Source: an uncultured bacterium (GTDB taxonomy: Bacteria > Lernaellota > Lernaellaia > JACKCT01). Taken from it: a stretch of 64,000 bases of DNA. This document shows, piece by piece, positions 1-8,705 of this stretch. Below the pieces are notes generated by a model. It had not been told where the DNA came from and made no database searches. It was given only the letters and a program-made list of their open reading frames with translations. Numbering within the stretch: the stretch's first letter is position 1; each line of letters starts with the position of its first letter. The DNA lies in NCBI GenBank assembly GCA_964586775.1, contig CAZPJD010000061.1, positions 2,183-66,182 on the forward strand, written 5' to 3'. The position numbers and the translations under genes were made by a program.

Positions 1-2
1 GG

Positions 3-1082
3 ATCTGCGGTTTCACCGCAACCTCGACCGCGTTGTCTTACCGCGAGATGATCGCGAAAGCGGCCCGAATGGCCTATGAGGACGCCGGAATCGGACTCGA
101 TCTGATCGACGGCGCCGTGTCGGTGGAAGAGGATCTGATCTCCGGATACTCGATCGCCGACGAGTACGTGCCCGACCAGCTCGGCGTCGTGCGCAAGCCC
201 GTCTACACGATCCCCGGCGATTTCCTGCACGGCCTCGGCTCGGCCGTCATGCAGATCGAAACGGGCCAGTTCAACATCGTCGTCGTGCAGTCGTACAGCA
301 AGGCGTCGAACCTGTTGACCAAGGACGAGCTGCTCCGCTTCGCCTTCGATCCCGTCTGGAACCGCTTCGGCGTCAGCCCGCATTGGCTGGCGGGGGTCGA
401 GATGCGCAGCTTCCTCGCCGCTTCCGGCTACGAGGTCGACGACGTCGCCGAGGTGGTGGTGAAAAATCGCGCCAACGCCGTGCCGAATCCCATCGCGCCG
501 TGGGGAGCGATCCTCGAGGCGCGCGACGTGCTCGAATCGCGGCCCGTGGCGACCCCGATTACCGAGGGAATGATCGCCCGTCACGCCGACGGCGCGGTCG
601 TGGTGGTGCTCGGCACCGACGCCGCCGCCCGCGAATACGCCCGCAAGCCGGTCTTCATCTCGGGCACGGGCTGGGGTTCCGGCAACTCGATTCTGGAGCG
701 CCGCGAGCACGAGGAATCGATCGGCACGCGCATCGCCGCCGAGCACGCGTACAGCGAGGCCGGCATCGCCGATCCGGCGCGCGAGATCGACGCCTTTTTC
801 ATCTCCGACATCTACGCGCATCGCGAATTGATGCACGGGCTTGCTCTCGGGCTGACGGAGTCCGACTCCGTCATCATCAATCCCAACGGCGGGGCTCTCG
901 GCGGCGGCGACCTCTTCGAGGCCACCGGCGGCGCGCGGCTCTACGAAGCCGTGACGCAGATCCGGGGCGAGGCCGGCGCCTGCCAGGTGCCGATCAAGCG
1001 AGCCCTCGTCCACGGGTGGCGCGGCATCCCGACCGATTCGTGCGCGGTGGCGATCCTCGAAGCCGAAAGGAGGATGTCATGA
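3..1082 (+). CDS. Thiolase-like protein (SCP-x / lipid-transfer-protein type thiolase family), 5' partial. The reading frame is open to the window edge.
   Basis: The frame is open from nt 3 with no stop upstream of the first ATG at 33. The translation has thiolase-like Gly-rich segments (NPNGGALGGGD, GTGWGSGNS). The stop overlaps the next thiolase gene by 4 nt (ATGA). Confidence 0.7.
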   Translation: MCGFTATSTALSYREMIAKAARMAYEDAGIGLDLIDGAVSVEEDLISGYSIADEYVPDQLGVVRKPVYTIPGDFLHGLGSAVMQIETGQFNIVVVQSYSKASNLLTKDELLRFAFDPVWNRFGVSPHWLAGVEMRSFLAASGYEVDDVAEVVVKNRANAVPNPIAPWGAILEARDVLESRPVATPITEGMIARHADGAVVVVLGTDAAAREYARKPVFISGTGWGSGNSILERREHEESIGTRIAAEHAYSEAGIADPAREIDAFFISDIYAHRELMHGLALGLTESDSVIINPNGGALGGGDLFEATGGARLYEAVTQIRGEAGACQVPIKRALVHGWRGIPTDSCAVAILEAERRMS

Positions 1083-3277
1083 GCCGCAAAGTGGGAGTGA
1101 TCGGCGCGGGAATGACGCGGTTCGTGCGTCGCGCGCAGGATTCGCCGGGCGAACTGGCCGCTCAGGCGGTGCAAATGGCCCTCGACGACGCGGGGATGAC
1201 GATCGACGACATCGACGCCGTGTGCCTCGGCACCGCACCGGACGCCTTCGACGGCGTTCACATGAAGGGCGAACACCTGATCGCCGGGTGTGGGGGCACG
1301 AACAAGCCGTATATGCGCCACTACGTCGGCGGCGGCACGGGCGTGATGAGCCCGATCCACGGATGGATGCACGTCGCGTCGGGCAAGTTCGACACCTGCC
1401 TCGTGGTCTGCGAAGAAAAGATGTCGCCGTGCAATCCGCACCCGGCCGGCGCGTTCCTGACGATCTTCGACCGCGTGACCGAGCAGCCGCTCGAGCTGAC
1501 GCTGATCCACATCTTCGCGCTCGAAATGGCGCGCTTCATGCACGCTTACGGTTACACCGAACGCGACATCGCCGCGATTTCGGTGAACAACAAGCGCAAC
1601 GCGCTCGACCACCCGGCGGCCCAGGTCGCCGAGGACCTGACCGTCGACGACGTCATGAACTCGAAGCTGCTGTCCTGGCCCGTAAAGCGCCTCGACATCA
1701 GCCCCACGTCGGACGCCGCGGTGGCGATCGTCATGACGACCGAACGCGTCGCCCGGGCGCGCAAAGCATCGCCCGTGTGGATCGAGGGCGTCGGTTACCG
1801 TCTCGACACGGCCTATTGGTGTACGCGCGATCTGGCATACCCCAACTACGTGGCGATGGCCGCGATGGACGCCTACAAGATGGCGGGGATCGTCGATCCG
1901 TATCGCGATATCGACATCTTCGAGCCCTACGATCCCTTCGACTACAAGGCCCTGCACCACATGAACGCGCTGCTGCTCGACAAGAGCGGGCGGCGGATGC
2001 GCGAGATTTTCGATTCCGGCGGCTTCACCCGCGACGGCTCCCACCCGCTTTGCCCCTCGGGCGGCGCGCTGGGCGTGGGCAACCCCATCGCGGCGACGGG
2101 TCTGATGAAGATCGCCGAGCTGTATTTCCAGCTATCGGGACAGGCGGGCAAGCGCCAGGTGAAAAAGACCGCCCATCGGGGCGTCGCGCAGGCGTGGGGC
2201 GACCTGATGCAGGTCGGCACGGTGGTCGTCATGGGCTCCGACGGCGCGACCCCGAATCAGCGCACGCTCTGGACCGGGATCGAACCGGGCGATCTGGGCG
2301 GGCACGGCCTGAAGTCGCTCGATGGCGTCACCACGGTTTCCGACGCGCCCGACCTGAGTTACTGGTGGGACAACGGCGAGGGCATCACGAACTACCTGGC
2401 GGGGCTCAAGGACGGCAAGATCCGCGGCTCTTACGATCGGCGCGGCAACCGCATGATGATCCCCGCGCGCACGTTCAGCGAGATCTACGACCTCGCCCCC
2501 GCGGGCGGCTACTTCGACCTGCCCGACACGGGCACGGTCATGACCTACACGCTCTCCCACGTGAACTGGGACTCCTCGCCCCTGCCGGACGGCCAGATCA
2601 ACATCTTCGCGGTCATCGCCATCGACACGGCTGGGCAGCACATGGGGCTTGTCCACCGTCTGAGCGATGTCGATCCCGCGGATGTGAAGATCGGCATGCG
2701 GGTGCGCGCCGTCTGGAAACCGGCCGAGCAGCGGATCGGCAACATTCTGGACATCGACTACTTCCGTCCCGCAGGCGCCGACGACGAGGCGGCGCAGTTC
2801 CCCAAGCCGGTCAAGCCTGTGGAATTCCACGCGAAATCGGCCGGCGCGAAGGAAGGCAAGATCCCGCTGACCTACAAGTACACGACCGGCGTGGCCGGCG
2901 GCGCGTTCGTCCAGTCGCTGATGCAGGGCAAGGTGCTCGCGACGTGGTCCGAGGCCAAGCAGCAGCTCCTGCTGCCGCCGACGACCTTCGACGAATATGA
3001 AATGGAATCGCTCGAACATGGCGACCGGGCCTGCGAACTCGACGGGGGGGAGGGGTATATCGAATCCTTCAGCGTCGTGTACGAGGATCGGAGCGGTCAC
3101 GAGCTTTCCGAGCCGAAAATCGTGGTTCATGTGGGCTTTCCTGGCGTTCAGGGGTCGATTTTCGGCATTTTGGACCGTACCGACGAAGGTTTCCCGGCCA
3201 TGGGACAGGAGGTCGAACTCGTCGTTCCCGACCAATGGACGGGGCCCGACGACGTTCGATTCCGCCTGAAGGGCTGA
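1079..3277 (+). CDS. Thiolase domain fused to two tandem DUF35 OB-fold domains.
   Basis: ATG at 1079 is preceded by AAAGGAGG. The N-terminal ~390 aa are thiolase-like (GVIGAGMTRF, CPSGGALGVGNP). The C-terminal ~340 aa contain two DUF35-like OB-fold repeats whose usual Zn-ribbon cysteines are absent. The 964-aa ORF-track extension upstream is an Arg-rich alternate-frame artefact. Confidence 0.75.
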   Translation: MSRKVGVIGAGMTRFVRRAQDSPGELAAQAVQMALDDAGMTIDDIDAVCLGTAPDAFDGVHMKGEHLIAGCGGTNKPYMRHYVGGGTGVMSPIHGWMHVASGKFDTCLVVCEEKMSPCNPHPAGAFLTIFDRVTEQPLELTLIHIFALEMARFMHAYGYTERDIAAISVNNKRNALDHPAAQVAEDLTVDDVMNSKLLSWPVKRLDISPTSDAAVAIVMTTERVARARKASPVWIEGVGYRLDTAYWCTRDLAYPNYVAMAAMDAYKMAGIVDPYRDIDIFEPYDPFDYKALHHMNALLLDKSGRRMREIFDSGGFTRDGSHPLCPSGGALGVGNPIAATGLMKIAELYFQLSGQAGKRQVKKTAHRGVAQAWGDLMQVGTVVVMGSDGATPNQRTLWTGIEPGDLGGHGLKSLDGVTTVSDAPDLSYWWDNGEGITNYLAGLKDGKIRGSYDRRGNRMMIPARTFSEIYDLAPAGGYFDLPDTGTVMTYTLSHVNWDSSPLPDGQINIFAVIAIDTAGQHMGLVHRLSDVDPADVKIGMRVRAVWKPAEQRIGNILDIDYFRPAGADDEAAQFPKPVKPVEFHAKSAGAKEGKIPLTYKYTTGVAGGAFVQSLMQGKVLATWSEAKQQLLLPPTTFDEYEMESLEHGDRACELDGGEGYIESFSVVYEDRSGHELSEPKIVVHVGFPGVQGSIFGILDRTDEGFPAMGQEVELVVPDQWTGPDDVRFRLKG

Positions 3278-3415
3278 AATTTCCGCACCCGGCGGGGTGA
3301 TGGGGAACATCGCCCCGTCGGGTGCTGTCTCGTTCTCATTCGGGCCCGAATGCGCGGGCTTGACGCGGCGCGCCGAGTCCCGCAAACTGGGGACGGTCAG
3401 GGCGGTGAGGACGAA

Positions 3416-3700
3416 ATGGATACATTCAGCGTTTGTCAGGTGAAGGGTTGCGGCGATACCGCCATCTCGCGCGGGTATTGTCGCCTTCACTATATTCAGT
3501 ATTGGCGTCAGATTCAGGTGCGCAAAAACGTCGGCGGCGAACGCCTGCGCAACCGCGTCAAGGAAGCCTTGATTCGCGACCACGTCGAGGGGACCTCGAA
3601 CCGACGCCTGCGCGAAGTCGCGCGCCTCGAGCGCCTCGATCGCGACACGATGGACACGATTCTGGGCGAACTGCGCGCCGAGCCCCGCGTCTATTTCTGA
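3416..3700 (+). CDS. Small hypothetical Cys/His zinc-ribbon protein.
   Basis: ATG at 3416 is preceded by GGTGAGGACGAA. The motif C-x4-C-x9-C-x2-H occurs in CQVKGCGDTAISRGYCRLHY, and the C-terminus is basic and helical. No family was recognised. Confidence 0.4.
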   Translation: MDTFSVCQVKGCGDTAISRGYCRLHYIQYWRQIQVRKNVGGERLRNRVKEALIRDHVEGTSNRRLREVARLERLDRDTMDTILGELRAEPRVYF

Positions 3701-3804
3701 TTTCCAAATCCTTTGCTAAGGTGCGTCCGCGAAACGGTCGAGCGCGGAGCGCGCGTGCGCGTGTCGCGTTCGCGGTCCATCGATCGCGCGGGGGGGAATC
3801 GCCG

Positions 3805-4137
3805 ATGTCCGATTGCATCTTTTGCCGCATCGCGAGCGGCGAGTTGCCGTCGAAAAAAGAATACGACGACGGGGAATTCATGGTCATCCACGACATCAAC
3901 CCGTCGGCGCCCGTTCATCTGCTCGTGATTCCTCACCGTCATATCGAGACGTTGATGGACATGTCGGCGGATGATCTGCCGCTCATTGCGCGGCTTCACG
4001 CGGTGATCCAAAAAATCGCGGGCGATCACGGCATCGCGAAGCCCGGGTTCCGCGTGCTCCACAACGTCAACGACTGGGGCGGTCAGAAAGTCTTCCACAT
4101 CCACTGGCACATCCTGGCCGGGAAAAAGTTCGCATGA
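3805..4137 (+). CDS. HIT-family (histidine triad) nucleotide hydrolase.
   Basis: The sequence MSDCIFCRIASGELPS...HIHWHIL carries the histidine-triad motif HxHxHxx. Its stop overlaps the next gene's start (ATGA). Confidence 0.85.
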   Translation: MSDCIFCRIASGELPSKKEYDDGEFMVIHDINPSAPVHLLVIPHRHIETLMDMSADDLPLIARLHAVIQKIAGDHGIAKPGFRVLHNVNDWGGQKVFHIHWHILAGKKFA

Positions 4138-5108
4138 CCCGGCGCGCGATTCGGTCGGTGTTCCTCGCGTTCGCATTGGCGTTCGTATCGGCGTTCGCGT
4201 TCGCGTCGTCCGGGTGGGCCGAGTGCGGCGCCACCGACGAGGACTGCCTGATCGACGCCCTCAAAAAGCCCGGCCCCGAGGCGCTGCGCGCCATCATGGC
4301 CCTCGGCGAGATCAAGTCGGTAAAGGCGATCGAACCCCTGATCGAGCAGTTCAAGAGCACCGACCAATACGTGGCCACGGCCGCGGCCCACGCGCTCACC
4401 AAGATCGGCGACGCGGCGGTGCCCGCGCTGGTGGACGCGACCACGAGTTCCAAGGCGTCGGTGCGCAAGTATGCGGGATGGGCGCTTGGCCGCATCGGCG
4501 GGGGTAACGCGGTGGCCGCGGTTTCGCGGCTCGCCAAGGACGAAGACCCCGAAATCCGCGCCCGTGCCGCGCAGTCTTTCGGACTGCTCAAGGACAAAGC
4601 CGCGCTCATCGACCTCGTCACGCTGCTGGAGGATCGGCATCGCTCGGTTCGGCTCGCGGCCGTTCGGGCGTTGTCGACGATGCCCGACCCAAAAGTCGCA
4701 AAACCCCTGATCGATCGTGGCCTGATGGACCTCGATCATCAGGTCTCGGCGGAAGCCGCGGGCGTGTTGCTGCAAATCGGCCCGCCGGCGATCGATCCGC
4801 TCATGGCGACGCTCGACGCCTCGCCCGATCACGTTCGCACGCGAGCGTGCCTGCTGCTTGGCGAGTTGGCGGCGAAGTCGAATGATCCGATGGTGAAAAA
4901 GCAGGTGAAAAAGCGTCTGCTGCTCGTGCTGAAAGACGAGTACGCGAAGCCGGAGATTCGTCAGGCGGCCTGCGCGGGATTGGTCCCCGTCGGCGACGCC
5001 GAGGTGCGCGCGGCGCTCGAAGCCGTTGTGGCGAAATACGCCGAAAAAACCGAGGCCGCGCCGCTGGTTCAGTCGGCGAAGTCCGCCCTCGAAAAAATTC
5101 CCAACTGA
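4134..5108 (+). CDS. Secreted HEAT-repeat (PBS-lyase HEAT-like) protein.
   Basis: An N-terminal hydrophobic signal-like segment (FLAFALAFVSAFAFASSGWA) is followed by repeated ~30-aa units containing AAxALgxIGd/pAVpALv motifs typical of HEAT_2/PBS repeats. Confidence 0.65.
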   Translation: MTRRAIRSVFLAFALAFVSAFAFASSGWAECGATDEDCLIDALKKPGPEALRAIMALGEIKSVKAIEPLIEQFKSTDQYVATAAAHALTKIGDAAVPALVDATTSSKASVRKYAGWALGRIGGGNAVAAVSRLAKDEDPEIRARAAQSFGLLKDKAALIDLVTLLEDRHRSVRLAAVRALSTMPDPKVAKPLIDRGLMDLDHQVSAEAAGVLLQIGPPAIDPLMATLDASPDHVRTRACLLLGELAAKSNDPMVKKQVKKRLLLVLKDEYAKPEIRQAACAGLVPVGDAEVRAALEAVVAKYAEKTEAAPLVQSAKSALEKIPN

Positions 5109-5174
5109 CGGACCCGATCGCTTTCGCGTCCCACCCCACGGTTGTGATATGATCGCGCCGAACGGGGGGCGATC

Positions 5175-6572
5175 ATGATTTTTGGCCCGGTCGTTGCGGG
5201 GCAGTTTTACACCGACAAGCCCGACAAACTTCGCGCCGAGATCGATCGCTATTTGCGCGAGGCACGCTCGCCCGAGTCGCCGGGCGAGGTCTTCGGCCTC
5301 GTCAGCCCGCACGCCGGTTACACGTATTCGGGACCCTGCGCCGCGCACGGGTTCAAGGCGGTTGCCGGAAAAACCTACGACACGGTCGTCGTGATCGGGC
5401 TCTCGCATCGCGTTCCGGGCACCATGAGCGTTCTGGATGTGGACGCTTACCGAACGCCGCTCGGCGAGGTGAGGATCGACCGCGAGAGTTCGCGACGCCT
5501 GATCGACGCGCTGCCCTTTGCCACCGACGACCCGTCGCTCTTTTCGTTCGAGCACTCGATCGAGGTTCAACTCCCGTTCTTGCAGCGCGTGCTCCCGCCG
5601 TTTCGCGCCGTGCTGATCTCGATGCGCTCCACGTCGGGCAAGGTCGTCACGAGCCTCGCCGCCGCGCTGGACAACATCTTCGCCGAACGCAAAGTGCTCT
5701 TTGTCGCCAGCTCGGATCTCAGCCATTTTCATGGCTACGACGAAGCGGCGCGCATGGACCGCGAAACGCTCGCCATGGTCGAGGCCATGGATCTGCGCCG
5801 CCTGGAGCAGGAGTGCGAATCCGGCGCGCACGAGATGTGCGGCATCGGGCCCGTGCTCGCGCTGCTGCATTTGTATCAACGTCGGGGCGGGCGCGAGGCG
5901 ACGACACTTTGCTACATGAACTCCGGCGACACATCGGGCGATCGCGGGCGCGTGGTGGGGTACGGGTCCGTCGCCCTCCGGGTGCCCGACGTCCGTGAGC
6001 CGAAAGACGACGACGAATTGTCCGACGATGACCGCTCGGCGCTTCTTGCGCTCGCGCGTGCCACGCTCGAACGACGGATCGCGCACGCCCCGTCCGAGAG
6101 ACCGCTGCCCGACGTGATCCCTGAGCGACTGTCCCGCCCCGGCGCGGCGTTCGTGACGCTGCACAAAAACGGCGAGCTCCGCGGATGCATCGGGCGGATT
6201 CAACCGACGGGGTCTGTGTGGGAGTGCGTGCGGGATATGGCCGTCGCGGCGGCCACCGAGGACCCGCGATTCGATGCCGTGCGTCCGGACGAAGTCGACG
6301 ATCTGCGCATTGAGATCTCGGTGCTCACGACGCCGCGCGACGTGGACGGACCCTCCGACATCGTGCCCGGCCGCGATGGCCTGATCGTCGAGAAGGGATT
6401 CTATCGTGGCCTGCTGCTGCCGCAGGTCGCCGAGCGCTACGGCTGGAGCGCCGAGGAGTTTTTGGACAACACCTGCCTGAAGGCCGGGATGTCGAAGAAC
6501 GAGTGGCGGCGGGGCGGTGTGCGAATCCAGACATTTCGGGCCGTCGTTTTCGGCGAACACCCGGTGAGCTGA
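5175..6572 (+). CDS. Fusion of a MEMO1-family protein (AmmeMemoRadiSam system protein B) with an AMMECR1 domain (protein A).
   Basis: The N-terminal half has MEMO signatures PHAGYTYSG, EHSIEVQLPFLQ and SSDLSHF. The C-terminal half has the AMMECR1 signature AAFVTLHKNGELRGCIG in a single ORF. Confidence 0.8.
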   Translation: MIFGPVVAGQFYTDKPDKLRAEIDRYLREARSPESPGEVFGLVSPHAGYTYSGPCAAHGFKAVAGKTYDTVVVIGLSHRVPGTMSVLDVDAYRTPLGEVRIDRESSRRLIDALPFATDDPSLFSFEHSIEVQLPFLQRVLPPFRAVLISMRSTSGKVVTSLAAALDNIFAERKVLFVASSDLSHFHGYDEAARMDRETLAMVEAMDLRRLEQECESGAHEMCGIGPVLALLHLYQRRGGREATTLCYMNSGDTSGDRGRVVGYGSVALRVPDVREPKDDDELSDDDRSALLALARATLERRIAHAPSERPLPDVIPERLSRPGAAFVTLHKNGELRGCIGRIQPTGSVWECVRDMAVAAATEDPRFDAVRPDEVDDLRIEISVLTTPRDVDGPSDIVPGRDGLIVEKGFYRGLLLPQVAERYGWSAEEFLDNTCLKAGMSKNEWRRGGVRIQTFRAVVFGEHPVS

Positions 6573-6651
6573 CGCCTCTTTCGCCCGGTTGCCGGGCTGC
6601 GTATGATGCCGCCCGTTTTGCGGTCGCGACCAAGAGGAAGCTTCGAGGACG

Positions 6652-8025
6652 GTGTTGGACAGGGAACCGAAGAAAATTCATGTGCGCACGTTCGGATGTC
6701 AGATGAACGACTACGACTCCGAGCGCATGTACCGCCTGATGGAGCGGGAAGGGTGGGTCCGCACATCCGCGGCGGACGACGCCGACCTGATCGTCATCAA
6801 TACGTGCTCCGTTCGCGAGAAGGCTGACCACAAGGCCGTCAGCGAGGTAGGACTGCTACGTCGCCACAAAGAGCGGCGGCCGGGCACGCTACTCGCGCTC
6901 TCAGGCTGCACGGCGCAGGTGTCGGGCGCGCAGATCATGAAACGCATGCCCGAGCTCGATCTCGTCATCGGAACGCACGCCATCGACAAGCTGCCTGACC
7001 TGGTCCGCGAGGCCGCCGCGAAGCGAGTCATCAACATCGAGTGGGATTACGAAGGCCTCGTCGATTTCGACGCCATCGCGCCCCGAGCGGCGAGCGGCGA
7101 AATCTCTTGGAAGGGTACGCGGGCGTCGGGATTCGTGGCCATCATGCGCGGGTGCGACAAGCACTGCGCGTTTTGCATCGTGCCGCAGACGCGCGGTCGC
7201 GAAATCTCGCGTCCGACGGACGACATTGTCGCCGAGGTGCGTTCGCTGGTGGACGCCGGTGTGCGTGACATCACGCTGCTGGGCCAGATCGTGAACCGGT
7301 ACGGGCGGGGGATCGAGGGCCAGCGGCCGACCTTCCACCGACTCGTCCGCGCCCTGACGCCGATCGAGGGGCTCGCGCGCCTGCGTTTCACGTCGAGCCA
7401 TCCGACCTACGTCACGCCGGAGTTGATCCGGTGTTTCGCCGAGGAACCGAAACTCGCGCCGCATGTCCATCTGCCCGTGCAGTCGGGGTCGGACGCGGTG
7501 CTGCGGCACATGAAGCGCGGACACAAGATCGACACCTATCTGGAAAAGGTGCGCGAACTGCGCCGGGTGCGTCCGGAGATGTCGATCACGACCGATCTGA
7601 TCGTGGGCTACCCCGAGGAGACGCGCGAGGACTTTGAGGCGACGCTCGATCTGATTCGTGACGTCGAGTTCGATCATCTGTTCGCGTTCAAGTATTCCAC
7701 GCGGCCCAATACGCCCGCGGCGACGCAGGAAGATCGTGTGCCCGAGGACGAAAAGGCCGCGCGACTGGCGCGCGTGCACGAGGTGTCGCAGCCGATCATC
7801 CTGCGGCGGAATCGTGCGCTGGAAGGCCGTGTTGTGGATGTGATCGTCGAGGGATCGTCGCGAAACGGAACGGATGTCTTCGGGCGATCGGGATGCAACC
7901 GCATCGTCCATTTCCCCGATCGCGGATTCGGCATCGGAGAAACCGTCGCCGTTCGAATCGAAACCGGCCTGCCCAACGCGCTGCGCGGACGAGCCGTGGA
8001 AGCAGAGCGGGCCGCGACCGGTTGA
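6652..8025 (+). CDS. miaB: tRNA-i6A37 methylthiotransferase MiaB family (radical SAM MTTase with TRAM domain).
   Basis: The N-terminal UPF0004/MTTase motif HVRTFGCQMNDYDS is followed by the radical SAM motif CDKHCAFC and a C-terminal TRAM-like domain. The start is GTG, preceded by GAGGA. Confidence 0.8.
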   Translation: MLDREPKKIHVRTFGCQMNDYDSERMYRLMEREGWVRTSAADDADLIVINTCSVREKADHKAVSEVGLLRRHKERRPGTLLALSGCTAQVSGAQIMKRMPELDLVIGTHAIDKLPDLVREAAAKRVINIEWDYEGLVDFDAIAPRAASGEISWKGTRASGFVAIMRGCDKHCAFCIVPQTRGREISRPTDDIVAEVRSLVDAGVRDITLLGQIVNRYGRGIEGQRPTFHRLVRALTPIEGLARLRFTSSHPTYVTPELIRCFAEEPKLAPHVHLPVQSGSDAVLRHMKRGHKIDTYLEKVRELRRVRPEMSITTDLIVGYPEETREDFEATLDLIRDVEFDHLFAFKYSTRPNTPAATQEDRVPEDEKAARLARVHEVSQPIILRRNRALEGRVVDVIVEGSSRNGTDVFGRSGCNRIVHFPDRGFGIGETVAVRIETGLPNALRGRAVEAERAATG

Positions 8026-8051
8026 CGGTTGGTGGTCGCGAGAGAGTCGTC

Positions 8052-8555
8052 ATGCTGATCGAGATGAAAATCGCGAGCTTGGGCATCGACCCGGCGCAGA
8101 ACATGCCGGTGGTGATCCTCAAGGATGTCGCCACGGGCGAGATGGTCCTGCCGATCTGGATCGGCGTGCTCGAAGCGACGGCGATCGCGCTGAAGCTCGA
8201 ATCGGTCGAGGTCGCTCGTCCGCTCTCGCACGACCTGATGATGACAATTCTGGAGTCCTTCGGCGCGCGGGTCGATCGCGTCGTCGTCAGCGATCTGCAC
8301 GACAACACTTATTTTGCGCGGATCGTAGTGGTCGCGCCGGATCGCGAATTCGAACTCGACGCGAGGCCCAGCGACGCGATGGCGATCGCGCTGCGCGCCG
8401 GGGCCAGAATCTTTGCCCACTCGAAGGTTCTCGAGAAGTCGGACAGCGATGAAGAGCGCCCCGCGCCCGCGGCCATCGACCCCGCGGATCGCGAGAAGTG
8501 GCTGGAGATCCTCGAAAACATGGACCCCGAGGACTTCGGCAAGTACAAGACCTGA
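8052..8555 (+). CDS. Bifunctional nuclease (BFN/DUF151) domain protein.
   Basis: The MLIEMKIASLGIDP...LPIWIGVLEA pattern is typical of the BFN domain. ATG at 8052 lies 26 nt after miaB. Confidence 0.65.
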   Translation: MLIEMKIASLGIDPAQNMPVVILKDVATGEMVLPIWIGVLEATAIALKLESVEVARPLSHDLMMTILESFGARVDRVVVSDLHDNTYFARIVVVAPDREFELDARPSDAMAIALRAGARIFAHSKVLEKSDSDEERPAPAAIDPADREKWLEILENMDPEDFGKYKT

Positions 8556-8638
8556 CGCGCTCGTGACGGTTGCGCGACGATCGTCGCCGCCCCGCGCCGC
8601 CCTTGTACGTCCAAACCCTTTGTGCTAAAGAGCGCGCG

Positions 8639-8676
8639 CCCCAGGGCCGAAAGGCTGTGGGGTTTGTTCCATTTTG
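8639..8676 (+). terminator. Rho-independent terminator candidate.
   Basis: CCCCAGGGCC-GAAA-GGCTGTGGGG forms a hairpin with one mismatch, followed by TTTGTTCCATTTTG. Confidence 0.45.
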
Positions 8677-8705
8677 TCGCCGATCGAGCGGATTCGGAGA
8701 GGACA

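Noticed and set aside
383-3277. 964-aa ORF beginning at 383.
   Set aside because: The first 232 codons are an Arg/Gly-rich translation of the alternate frame across the upstream thiolase gene. The real gene starts at ATG 1079, which has a perfect AAAGGAGG RBS, and the homologous sequence begins there.
1222-3583. Long alternate-frame and antisense ORFs inside the thiolase-DUF35 gene (592 aa plus-strand, 483 aa minus-strand).
   Set aside because: They are low-complexity Arg/His/Gly-rich translations typical of high-GC DNA. They are fully overlapped by a gene with clear homology.
4083-6560. 825-aa minus-strand ORF antisense to the HEAT and MEMO-AMMECR1 genes.
   Set aside because: It has no domain signatures and an Arg-rich composition. 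The sense-strand genes have strong family motifs.
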